A program made the position numbers and the translations under genes. This document shows positions 1-13,052 of a DNA stretch of 64,000 nt, piece by piece. Under the pieces are notes generated by a model. The model was not told the origin of the DNA. It was given only the letters and a program-made list of their open reading frames with translations, and made no database searches. Within the stretch, counting starts at the first letter, position 1, and every line of letters begins with the position of its first letter. This stretch comes from Paraspadella gotoi (Eukaryota; Animalia; Chaetognatha), in assembly GCA_051294375.1 (NCBI GenBank), contig CM119270.1, positions 9,735,530-9,799,529 on the forward strand. Reading direction: 5' to 3'.

Positions 1-1138
1 TATTCTAAACAATTTTTAAAATTTTAAAAATTGTAAATTTTTTTTAGTGTATATATTTAATCATTTTTATTCTTTTTAAAATAAAATTATATTGAGTGGG
101 ATAAATATTTTATAAATTAGTTAAAATATGCAATATATGAAATTTGACCTCGTCTGGTTCTTCTTAAAAAAAAAGAACATGCTAAAATTCATTCAAGATT
201 AAAACTTTTTTAAGATGAGGACATAAAATTTTTTTTTGATAAGTAAAAAAATATAGAAAGGAAAAGAGTCGTCCCTACTGCATACAGATACGTCGAAAAA
301 CGAGTTCAGCTCTGTCAGGGCGGTCCAGCTTCTTCTCTATCTATCTTCCTCTCTCGCGTTCTCTCTCTCCTTCCTCTCTCTCTCTCTCCTCTCTCTCTCC
401 TCTCTTCTCTCTCTCTCTTTTTTCTGTCTATTTATTCCGCCATTTTTATCCGCGCTTTTTCTCCAATACAAAAAACCCAAATTTACATCCGAATGATTTT
501 TCTAAAAAATTTTGATTATTCTTTATATAAACGAGAGAGCGAAAAACGTGACCAGCCCCTCTCTCACCTCTTCCTCTCTCTCCTCTCATCCTCTCTCTCT
601 TCTCTCTCTCTCTCTTTCATCATACACAGCATTTGTTTGTTTTATTACGATGAATGAACTCATCGCGTCAATGAATGACTACATCGCATCAATAATGATA
701 TTATCATCAATCAATGAATGATTATCATCAACATCAATGAATGACTATCATCGCATAATCATTTGATTATCATCACATCAGTTATTTTATTATCATCGCA
801 TCAATTATTGGTTATCATCCGAATCAATATTTAGGTATCATCGCATTAAATTATTGTTGTTACCATCGAAACTGGCGATCCCTATTGCTTTTAAAGAATT
901 TTTCCCTAAAAATTCTGATTGCGTTTCGTTGGCGGGAAAAACTGTCCAGCCTCTCTTCTCTCCTTCTCTCGTCTCTCTCCTCTCTCTTCTCTTCTCTTTC
1001 TCAAAACATGGAAGATGATCATGAACAGCGCACTTTGTTTGTTTTATATATTACGATTGAAAATGATGACTCAAATCGAAATCGCATCAATGAATGACTA
1101 TCATCATGGCTTGTTCCTTATGCTTTTAAGATTTTTTT
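1..1138 (-). mobile_element. family 1 element, 5' part, reverse orientation (continues beyond window start)
   Basis: Reverse complement of the 4721-5700 region; 5' end at about 1135. Confidence 0.65.
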
Positions 1139-1696
1139 TTCTTATTTTTGAATTGTTGTTTTTTTTTCCCTTGATTTTATTTTCCTTTTTCTCTTTTTTA
1201 CTTTCAATTTTTCTCTTTTCTCTTTTCACTTTTATTTATCCTATTTTCTAACTTTAGAAACTGCCTTGCTCAGTTGACTAAAATGAGCCTTTTGACTCTT
1301 ACAATGTGTGCTAATGAGAGTCAGACATTTTAAATGTCAAACACGTGATATATTTTACGAAATTCAAAAAATTGCCTGACAGGTTTGTCTCTCATTAAAA
1401 TTTGTTTCTATATAAAAATTTGTGTATAATGAATATTGGTAGTATTAGTCAGTAGCCACCGAAAAGCTTTGTTCTGTTATAAATGATTCGACAAGAACTG
1501 CTGTTCAGTAAATATAGTAAAGTTGGTAATATCTCACATTGAAATGAAATAATTCGTTTTCGTTAACAAAGTCATTTCATTCCGTTTATGGCGCTCTTAT
1601 GCGATTTTCTATATTCTCCTCATACCACGTTTGTTCCCTCGGGCTCTGACCAATCGAATTTCTTTTGCTCACCTAGCCCACACTCCAGATATTCGA

Positions 1697-1741
<45 letters not shown>

Positions 1742-3030
1742 GAGAAGCGTTTTACCTTGAATCTTCGTCTGTCTTATCTGATTTTCCGCCCACTTGTAAT
1801 AACTAATAAGATTCTATTATTTTCACGGTGAATAGTTTCATATCTTTTTTTCTATTATATTTTTTATGAATTCAACTTAAATATTGATAATTTTCGTTAA
1901 TTGTCGTTAAATGTATTATATATTCTTTGAAATATGCAATGTTTGGTCATTCCTAATTTTTTAATTTGTCATTTTTTTAATTTTGATTAATTTATTATGC
2001 TTATTTTTCTTTGAGAAATTATTTTTTCTAGCTCTTAAACCTTTAAACTTACACGAATAGATTCTAAATTTTGAATATTAAGATTCAAAACAAGCAATAT
2101 TTTTTTGACAATAGGATCGTTGACCCTCGTGTCTTTGTGAAAAAAAGAATATTTTCGAAGAGGCCTCTCTCTTCTGCGTCCATCAACAAGGATGCATCCG
2201 AAAAAAAGCTTTCTCTCAAAAGGGCGGAACAAAATTACGAGTATATATATATATCTCAATATCAGGTGGTTAAAAACGATTTAACAAATTATATTTAGGA
2301 TAGAACTCTTTCCCAGCGTGAATGATAAAAAAATGTTCAGTCCCTTTTCTCTTTTGGCGTTGGTCTCTTCGTAATGGGGTTTCGCTATAACATGGGCAGC
2401 GGCTCCTTCCTTTTAGAAATGGACATGTTTTCTTGCCCTTTTTGCGCCGGAAAAAAAGGTTTTCACAATTTTGATCGCAAAGAGAAAGTTCGCGTAGAAT
2501 CGCACAGATGAATCTTTGAATTCGCACATTAAAATAAATGGGAAAGTGAAAAAAGATTATGCGTGCAAATATTTTAATCGTTTTACATACGTAAATTAAT
2601 GAATTTAATTTGATACTGTATATGAAATTGGTTCAACCAATATAAAAATTATCCATTCATTTAATAAATAAGCTATCTTGCCTCTGAATTTGGACAGGCT
2701 TTGGTGGTTTAAGGCCTCCATCACTCTTACAAGATAATGACATAGCAGGTCAAGACTCTCTCACAGTCTCGTTATGTTATACTCGCTCAGCAATTATGGA
2801 GATGAAAAAAAAAACCCAGAGTTCGTTACAATCCACTGGAATCTCAGTAGAGTTTATACATAAACTGATTGTTTTAGATCATGGAGCAGAGAAAAGCAAA
2901 ACTGATAAAATTCTTTGTTCGACGGTTTTCTCTCTGGATTCGACCGGATCCATTTGTTATCTCAAGAAGGAAAAAGCCAGACAAAAGTCCGGACTGGAAA
3001 TCGTGGGGTGAGAGAGAGAGAAAGAGAAAG

Positions 3031-3128
<98 letters not shown>

Positions 3129-3613
3129 AAAGGAGAGAGAAAGAGAGAAATAGAGAAAAAGAGAGAGAGAGAGAGAGCGTTCTTTCCCAACCCCGACGAC
3201 ATGACAGACCGAGAATACGCTCTTTTTTCGTCGCGGGGACAATGTGATCGTGCGACAATGTGATGGTACGGGACGCATACAAATTTCGGAAAAACTGCCG
3301 TTAAGCAAAACAACAACAAAACACCTTTTATTTTGTTTTCAACGCCCGAATTCTTCGGTTGACGATTCGCCGCTCCAAACGAATGATAAAGTTTTTCTAG
3401 ACTTTTTCAGAAAAAAAATATTACAGCAATGGGAGCAGAGAGGAAAGATAAAGGAGATCCAAACACAAAACGCCCTCCCTCCAAGCCAGATGCGACCCGA
3501 GCAAAAAGAGACTCTAAACGAAAATCCTCCCCCCGTTTTTCCTTTCTTCTCTCTCTTTCTCTTAGCATCTGTCTGTCTCTCTGAATTTCTTTCTTTCTTT
3601 CTCTGTGTTTCAT

Positions 3614-3717
<104 letters not shown>

Positions 3718-4720
3718 CGGATTTGTCTGTTTGCCTCTATCTCTCTAGCGTCGAAATTATGTTTGTCCTGTCGCTCCGATGATCGAGTTTAAAAAACCGC
3801 GCTCACGCTCCCCGCCTTTCGCGATATCGAAGCAACAGGCGACTCGCGCCTTTCGTTTGTTTTAACAGAAGGGAATCTCGAGGATGGTTCGAAGGTGAGG
3901 AAAAAGGGGAAGAAGCGAAAAAATAGAAAAGGAAAATGTAAGTAATAAGAATCAGGTGAAGCAGTAAGGGAGGAAGAAAAAGAGGGTAGGAGTGAGAGAA
4001 AATAAGAGAAAGGAGCACAGATTGAGAGAGACATAAAGTTGTCGAATTCAAAAGTCAGATTATGTGAGATCAAGTTGGTTTAACTCTTTTTTTAAGTCTT
4101 GATTGGCGGTTGAAAAAAAAGTTTGAATTCGATTCAACTCCAGCACTTCGTTTCCGGTTGAAAAGGGAGAAAGGAGAGAAAAAATGAAAAGAAAGAGAAA
4201 AGATTGAAAAAAAAATTAAATAAAGAAAAAAGAAAGGAAAGAAAAAAAGAAAAGAAAAGAAAAGAAAAGAAAAGAAAAGAAAAGAAAAGAAAAGAAAAGA
4301 AAAGAAAAGAAAAGAAAAGAAAAGAAAAGAAAGAAAGAAAGAAAAAAAGAAAAAAAGAAAGAAAGAAAGCAAGCAAGAAAGAAAGAAATATATATTCGAG
4401 GCAACCGTCCCAGGCATCCATCACTCCAGGACTCTATTTGCCCATTCCATGTTTTCCCTATATTTCTCAAAAGGCGTCCTTGTTTTCTATTGACCATCTG
4501 TTGTTTCGTCTGTATTCCTTTCCTTCCTCTCCGCGTCTAACTTACCCTCTTTTCATTCCTCACCGATCTTCCCCGTTTCCGCCTCCTCCGCCTGTTCAGC
4601 GTCTCAGCTTTCCAAGAGAATTTCTCGTCAAGAAAAGAAAAAAAGAAAAAAAAGGGAAAAAGAAAAAAAAAGGAAAAAGAAAAAAAAAGAAAAAGAAATA
4701 AAAAGGGAAAAGGAATAAAA

Positions 4721-4839
4721 AAATCTTAAAAGCATAAGGATCAAGCCATGATGATAGTCATTCATTGATGCGATGATAGTCATTCATTGACGCGATGAAT
4801 CATTCATCGTAAATAAAACAAACAAATGCGTGTATGAGT

Positions 4840-4881
<42 letters not shown>

Positions 4882-7292
4882 CTGGACAGTTTTCCCGTCA
4901 ACGAAACGCATTATTAGGTCTCTCTCGTTTATATAAAGAATAATCAGAATTTTTAGAGAAAAAATCCACGAAAATCTCGGATGTAAATTTGGGATTTTGT
5001 ATTGAGAAAAAAGCGCGGAATAAATGGCGATAATAAAAGTTTTTAAAAAAAAAGAGAGAGAGAGAGAAAGAGAGAAAGAGAGAGAGAGAGAAAGAGAGAG
5101 AGAGAAGCTGGACAGCTGCTGGACCGCCGCTGGACCGCCGCTGCAGAGCTGAACTCATTTTCGACGAATATGAGTAAGGACGAACTCTTTTCCTTTCTAT
5201 AAAAAATATTACAAAATAAATATTTGGGTATAGAGCCATATAAGAAATTTTTTGTACATTGAAAGTAAACTTAAAAATGCATAAATTTTCGTTTGAGCAT
5301 GTTCCCATACTAAATTTTTGATTCACCCCATTGAGAGGGGCTACCCCTATTCAGAAGAAAAAAAACTAAACTCTTTTCAATAATAATGATCCAAAAATTA
5401 TAATCCCTATTAACAAAATATATAGTTGAAAATACTCAGTTAACGACTATGATATTTTTAACAAATATTTTTTTACTTATCAAAAAAATTTTATTTCCTC
5501 ATTTTAAAAAATTTTAATCTTGAATGAAATTTTTGATTGTTCTTTTTTAGGAAGAAACCAGACCGAGGTCAAATTTTATATTTGCATATTTAATTAATTT
5601 ATAAATAGTTATCACAACTCAAATAATTATTAAAAAAAAGATAAAAATGATTAAATATATACACTAAAAATATTTATAAATTTAATAATAGTATAAATTA
5701 TCAGAATAACAAAAAAAGTAATGTTTAATTTGACTATATCTCTCTTATCAACTCCTATTTTAGATATAATTTGCCAATAGTGGCCAACCGGTTCAAAGTT
5801 ACAATAATAAATAAATACAAATTTTTTTTTTTAAATGTAATGCATATTGGTCGGCGAAAGTGCTGCATATATAATAAGTCACATTAGCTGATTTATATGT
5901 GATAATGCATGTCAATATAAGTTATTCTTCACTTTTAAAAATGTATCCACGAAAATCTCGGATGTAAATTTGGGATTTGTATTTTGAAAAAAGCCCCGAA
6001 TAAAAGTTTTTAGAAAGAAAACATAATCATAATTTTTCAAAAAAAGAACGATCACGCAAGAGATCGTAAAGAGAGAAAGAGACAGAAAGAGAAAGAGAGA
6101 GAGAAGAGAGAGAGAAAGAGAGACAAAGCTGGACAGCTGCTTGAAGGCCGCTGTACAGTCAGTGCAGAAACTGAACTCTTTTTTTTTTGTTTTTTTATTA
6201 ATACCAAAAACAGTATTGACATAATCAAAACAGTAACAGTGTAAAGACTGGAAAACTAAACTATGTATTGAAATTCAATAAAAACAAAAGACACTAACTT
6301 TAAAAGACTGGAAAACAAGTAAAAACTAAACTACATATTGAAATTCAATAAAAACAAAAGACACTAGCGTTTAAAATCATAATAAATGTTATGAACTAAT
6401 ACATAAGAAACTAAAAAAATAACGTTCAGGAACGTTCAAAGATCAAATGTAAAAATCATAAAACCGGAAAAACTAAAAAACGAAAAAATGTCAAATGTCA
6501 AGAGAAGCAATAGCTTTTATTTTAAATTTATAATTTTTATTTTTTGATAATGCGTAAAAATAAAAACAAAAAATATGACAACAAAGACAAAAAAAAATAT
6601 AAACATAAACGAAAAACAATGTTAATAAAACGTTCAAAGATAATGCATAAAAACAAAAACAAAAAATATGAAAACAAGAACAAAAACAAAAAAATATAAA
6701 GCATTAATGAAAAAATCGTTTTTTCTGAAATAAAAGAATAAAAGAAAAAAAAGAAATAAAAGAAAGGCAAAAAATGTTAAAATGGTTTACAATTTGAAAT
6801 TTTTCCAATTTTTTCCAATCGCAGCTTGTAAAAGATTTTATTTTTATTTGTATTAAAATTAAGATATAGCTTCTCATTAAAAAGTTATTTGATTCCCATT
6901 TATTAGAGATTTAAAAAAATTTTTTGAATTTCATCTTCAATATATATACTGCAATATGTAAATTAGATTAAAGCATTGTATATACTAATTAAGATATGAT
7001 AATGAGATTACTATAATCTCATTTGCATATTGCAGTAAATCATAATGAAAGTGAAATCAAACAAAAAATACTTAAATCCAAATGTAATAAGGAAAATATC
7101 AAAGTATAAGAAGCCATATCTAAATTTTTAATTACTATGAATGCACACTTTTGTAAAACTTTATCATAATTCATAATAATTTATTTTAAAAAACTTAAAA
7201 GCATAAGGATCAAGCCATGATGATAGTCATTCATTGATGCGATGATAGTCATTCATTCATCGTAAATAAAACAAACAAATGCGTGTATGAGT

Positions 7293-7326
<34 letters not shown>

Positions 7327-9245
7327 CAGAAGAGCGTGAATTTTCCCGCCAATGAACGCAATCAGAATTTTAGGGAAAAAATCCATGAAAATCTCGGATG
7401 TAAATTTGGGATTTTGTATTGAAAAAAAGCGCGGAATAAATGGCGATAATAAAAGTTTTTAGAAGGAAAAAAAAAGAGAGAGAGAGAGGAAGAAGAGAGA
7501 GAGAAAGAAGAGAGAGAAAGCTGGACAGCGCCTGGACCGCCGCTGTACCGCCGCTGCAGAGCTGAACTCATTTTCCAACGAATATGAGTAGGACGAACTT
7601 TTCTCTTTCTATAAAAAAATATTACAAAATAAATATTTGGGTATAGAGCCATATAAGAAATTTTTGTACATTGAAAGTAAACTTAAAAATGCATAATTTT
7701 CGTTTGAGCATGTTCCCATACTAAATTTTTGATTCACCCCATTGAGAGGGGCTACCCCTATTCAGAAGAAAAAAAACCTTATAAAGCTAAACTCTTTTCA
7801 ATAATAATGATCCAAAAATTATAATCCCTATTAACAAAATATATAGTTGAAAATACTCAGTTAACGACTATGATATTTTTGACTTCCAAATTTTTTTTCC
7901 TCATTTTAAAAAATTTTAATCTTGAATGAAATTTTTGATTTGCTCTTTTTTAGGAAGAAACCAGACCGAGGTCAAATTTTATATTTGCATATTTAATTAA
8001 TTTATAAATAGTTATCACAACTCAAATAATTATTATTTAAAAAAAAGATAAAAATGATTAAATATATACACTAAAAATATTTATAATTTAATTAATAGAT
8101 AAATAAGAATAAAAAATAATATTAATTGACTATATCTCTCATAATACAAACTTATTACCATATATTAGATATAATTGCCAATAGGTGGCCAACCGGTTCA
8201 AAGTTACAATATAAATAAATACAAATTTATTTTTTTAAATGTAATGCATATTGTTCGCCGAAAGTGCTGCATATATAATAAGTTACATTAGCTGATTTAC
8301 ATGTGACAATGCATGTCAATATAAGTTATTCTTCACTTTTTTAAAATGTATCCACGAAAATCTCGGATGTAAATTTGGGATTTTGTATTGAGAAAAAAGC
8401 CCCGAATAAAAGTTTTTAAAAAAAAAAAACATAATCATAATTTTTCAAAAAAAGAACGATCACGCAAGAGATCGTAAAGAGAGAAAGAGACAGAAAGAGA
8501 AAGAGAGAGAAAGAGAGACAAAGCTGGACAGCTGCTTGAAGGCCGCTGTACAGTCAGTGCAGAAACTGAACTCGTTTTTCTTTTTTTTTTTTCTGAAATA
8601 AAAGAATAAAAGAAATAAAAGAAATAAAAGAAAGGCAAAAATGTTACAATGGTTTACAATTGGAAATTTTTCCAATTTTTTCCAATCGCAGCTTGTAAAA
8701 GATTTTATTTTTATTTGTATTAAAATTAAGATATAGCTTCTCATTAAAAAGTTATTTTGAGTTCCCATTTTTATTAGAGATTTAAAAAAAAATTTTTGAA
8801 TTTCATCTTCAATATTATATACTGCATTATGTAAATTAGATTAAAGCATTTCTATATACTAATTTGGATATGATGAGTACTATAATCTCATTTGCATATT
8901 GCAGTAAATCATAATGAAGTGGAAATTCAAACAAAAAATACTTAAATCCAAATGTAATAAGAAAATATCAAAGCTATAAGAAGCCATATCTAAATTTTTA
9001 ACTTACTATGAATGCACACTTTTGTAAAACTTTATCATAATTCATAATAATTTTTATTTAAAAAAAATGGTAAGTCACAGCCAAACCTTAAAAGCGTAGA
9101 TAGTTTTTATTTAAAAACAGCGTGACGGCCGACGACGACGACGATGACGCCGACGACGACGACGACGACGACTACGTCACAAAGAAGCTCACCCGAATCA
9201 ATATCAAGCCTGAACCGGCTTCGCCGGTCATGGCTTGATAAAAAT
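4721..9245 (+). mobile_element. Helentron/DINE-like non-autonomous element, family 1, internally duplicated (units about 4721-7190 and 7191-9245)
   Basis: 5' aaatcttaaaagcataaggATCAAGCCATGA; 3' hairpin accggcttcgccggt then TCATGGCTTGAT; internal gatgatagtcattcatt and GA arrays; no TSD. Confidence 0.65.
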
Positions 9246-9991
9246 AGAAAAAAGGGGAAAAAGAAAAAAAAGGAAAAAAGGAATAACAACGGAAAAGGAA
9301 TAAAAAGGGACAAAAGGAAAAAAAAAGGAATAAAAAAGGGAAAAAAGGGAAAAAGAAAAAAAAGGGAAAATGAAAAAAAGGGAAAAGGAATAAAAGGGAA
9401 AAAGAAAAAAAAAGGGAAAAAAGACAAGAAAAATCCCGACTTTGTTTTTCCGTAAACAACTTTTTTTTTATCTGACTCAAGGACAGAAAATGAATTCGTC
9501 CCGAAACAAAAATAGTAAAGAAAACTCAAAAACCAATAAGAGCAATTTCTTTATTTTTTTTCTCATAATAATCCAATCGCAATGAACTCCTGTATCGATT
9601 TTTTTTAATTTCTGTTTTTTTTTTACTTGTACGTAAAACTCTCTCTCCAATTTCAGACATAATTTCACTCTTCTCAGATGAACTCATTTCACGAAAGTCT
9701 TTCGCCACCATAAACAATTACGATGGAAGGCTCCTGATACCCGACTTCGATTCCCGTCTTCACGCCTTTCGCATCGTCAAGACTTTTCAACAAGCGCTCC
9801 GGTTACATTCGGGTAATTTTGACTCGCCTCATCCCGAATCCCGAATCCCGCATCCCGCATCCCGAATCCCGCAACGTAACAGCAGAAGAGAAAAAACAAA
9901 ACAAGTTTCGGAGCTTCATTCTAATATGGCGCCGAGTTTTCGGAAATAAGAAAACTGAATTCAAAAGGAAATTCAAAAGGGGGAAAAAAGG

Positions 9992-12900
9992 ATGGGAAGC
10001 AAACCTTCGTGCCCGTTGTCGAGCGGTAAGATGCGCAGATCTAAAAAAGCTTTCTTAAGTCTCCGATTTATGTAAAAGTTAAGATTTTCTAAAGTTTCCT
10101 CCCTTTAATTACTCAAAATACAATCAGGTCGTATTGACACCACCAAATAATTCCTATAGAAATATTTTTTAAATAAATTTTAAAGCATAACAATTACATC
10201 TACATCTTAATCGGTAGATCTGTCACTTCATCCTCTCTTATCTTCATATGCACAAACTCTTTATCTTAACAATTCTCAATCACCCTTTATATTTATAAAT
10301 CTCTCTCACTCTCCACTTTCCCTGATCTCTATTTCCATTCATAAGTCTCCCTCACGCCCCCCCCCGAATTATCTTTCCTCTCCAGAGGAGATCCAGCGCC
10401 TCAAGACGGAGACTGGGTGCAGCGAAGGGCGCATCAAGGATCTTTACGTTCGCTTCAAAGAGTTAGACCGACAGAATCTGGACTCACTGGGTCGCGACGA
10501 CTTCCTTCACATCCCCGAATTTGTGATGAATCCACTGGCCGACAGAATCACGCATCTCTTCTTTCAAAACCCGACAGGTGAAACCGACAATAAAAATGTT
10601 TTCAGTTTATATGAATAATAAATCTCGAAAAAACTCATGATTACCTTTTTTTTCTTTTCTTACAGACAGTTCAACTAAAATAAGTTCAATTTTCTTATAA
10701 GTCACACGTCAAAGTTACTTTTTAGCTGTGTAATTAAAATCTCAGTATTTTATTCAATCCAGAAGAGACTAGTTAAAAAAAAATTAAATCTGTCACTTTT
10801 TACGATCGATCGTTCTTGTATCTGATGCTGCGTCTACAGTAGCAGGTGGGAGAATGCGATATTACTTGATATATTCTTCTGCTTCTTGGCTTAAAACATA
10901 AATTGACAGAATAAAATAGCAGCGACAAAGACTTTTCTTAATTGACAGTTAACCGAACAGTCGCTGTAACTTGAGTTTATTAAATAATGAATCAAAAAGA
11001 GCGTTTTAGTTTCCAGAATAAAGTAGTAACTAAAAGATTAATTTTTAAACAAAAATATTTCAACATTAAAATTTAAAAAAAAATGTTTTCTGAACGTCGC
11101 GCTAAATTAAAAAAAAGAAGCTTCAGTCTCCTAATTTTGCTCATTTACATTCAAAAGCTGTTATGCTTTCTTTCTCAGCGGCTGTACAAACAAAAACAAT
11201 ACTAATGTGTTCCGTATTTCATTTTTTTACTTTTTCGTTTTTCGTGAGTAGATTATTAGAAAAATTGATTTAAAAAAATAAAAAGGCAAACGTGCATCGT
11301 TGTCGTCTCGATATTTAGAAATTTAGAATTAACACAAACACAAAGACGTAATTAATAATAATGAGATTTAAAAACCGACTTCCCCCTCTTTCCACCCTCT
11401 TCTCTAATCGCACTAAAAAAATGACCGAAACTGATTTCATTTTTTTTCAATCGCGTCCTCATGATAATAATTTTTTTTCATTTGCTTAAAAATCTCGATT
11501 TAAACGATATCAGCTTATTTTCCTCCCCACGCATCTCTCCCAGTTTCGCCTATGATTATAAATATATATTTTTTTACGCTCGCTATATTTGATTGTCGAG
11601 AAAAGTTGCGGGCAGTTTTTACTTTCCAATCTTTTCCCAACCCACACCTTACTCGCTTCAACGCATTCCATACTCAACAAACCACAAAATTAAATAACTT
11701 GTCCCACAACCAACACACGAATTTCCACGAAATCCATGATCCCAACTTATTCCGTCGTCCGCCGAAAACCACGCATTCACTAAATCACACTCACTCCCAC
11801 AATCACCCACAACCAACCCCAACTCCCCCCCCACCTCTTCTAAAAATCCAGACGACGGCGAGGAGCGGATCGATTTTTCCCAGTTTGTCCGAACCCTCGC
11901 CATCTTCCGTCCTTTGACGGAGGCGGAGACGAAGGCCTCCGACGACGGCGCCGACTTCATCAACTCTAAGAAGGAGAAGTTGAGGTTTTCCTTCAGGATG
12001 TACGACATCGACGGAAACGGGACCATACAAGAGCAGGAGGTAGGGATGACGTTGATAAGAAAGGGACCCTACAGGAGTAGGATGTAGGGATGACGTCGGC
12101 GGGAAGGAGACCATACAGGAGCAGGAGGTAGGGATGACATTGATAAGAAAGGGACCCTACAGGAGTAGCATGTAGGGATGACATTGATAGGAAAGAGATC
12201 ATTTAGGAGCAGCAGGTAGGGAAGATGTCAAAGGGAAGAGGACCATTCAGGAGCAGGAGGTAGGAATGACAATGACGGGAAGGGGACCAGTCAGTAGGCA
12301 GTAGGAATGATGTCCATAGAAACAGGTCTATTCAGGTGCAGGGAGTAGGGATCACGTCAATTGGAAGGGGACTATTCAGAAGTAGGAGGTTAAGAATGAA
12401 AGTTTTTTTAAATGGAATTCAAAATAAGGATGACGTAATTTTCGCGTTTTCTTTTTAGTCTGAATTCATAAAGATTAATGGTCGTTAAGGAAATATTTAA
12501 CTTTTCCTTAGGTGATGGAGGTTTTGGAAATGATGCTGGCCTCCTCCATCGACCACCAACATCTCGTCAACATCGCCAAACGAACGTTGGAGGTGCGTAG
12601 AAATTTCGTAATATATTCCAATAATAAAGTATATATAATTTTAATGATAATTATTATCTTTACTTAGGAAGCTGACAAAGACGGGGACAGGATGATCACC
12701 TTCGAAGAGTTTTACAAAACATTAAAAGACACAGACATCGACAAGAACTTGAGTCTGAGGTGAGGGAATGGGTGAGGTCTGAGGGTGAGGTGAGGGAATG
12801 GGTGAGGTCTGAGGGTGAGGTGATGAAGAGTTTTAAATGGAAAGACGGGGAAAATGAAAAAGCGGAAGGTGAGGAAAGAAATTATTTCAAAACGCAATAA

Positions 12901-13052
12901 TATGATTCAATTTTAAAAGATAGCCTAGTAAATGTGAAATAATGAGAAATTACTTGACATGAAAGGTAGCTAAATGGGTTTAACCGCTTATATAATATGA
13001 AAGTATTTTTTATTTTCCCGCCGCCTTTTCGTCTCTCAGATATTTTATGTGA
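9992..13052 (+). CDS. CHP1: Calcineurin B homologous protein (CHP-like EF-hand protein), 199 aa; exons 9992-10025, 10386-10577, 11852-12039, 12512-12592, 12668-12759, 13040-13052
   Basis: Spliced ORF of 600 nt with GT-AG introns. It begins MGSKPS (myristoylation consensus) and continues EEIQRLKTETG..RIKDLYVRFKELD..DDFLHIPEFVMNPLADRITHLFF and NSKKEKLRFSFRMY. EF loops DIDGNGTIQEQE and DKDGDRMITFEE; ends LSLRYFM, like CHP1 MSIRFLH. Paralog identity is not resolved. Confidence 0.88.
12019..12392 (+). repeat. about 44-bp tandem repeat made of CHP exon-3 end plus its 5' splice site
   Basis: About 8-9 diverging copies of gggaccatacaggagcaggagGTAGGgatgac... Confidence 0.85.
12752..12823 (+). repeat. 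about 30-bp tandem repeat including the CHP exon-5 donor (gtctgagggtgaggtgagggaatgggtgag)
   Basis: 2-3 copies seen directly. Confidence 0.75.

Noticed and set aside
4070-4701. Lys-rich and Phe-rich ORFs (also 9107-9529 and 28524-28940)
   Set aside because: A-rich low-complexity tracts that lack stop codons.
10386-12759. EF-hand gene as calaxin or calcineurin B
   Set aside because: ETG..I..LY.RF..LD, NPL.DRI..FF and NS...KL.F.FR.YD motifs fit the CHP family better.
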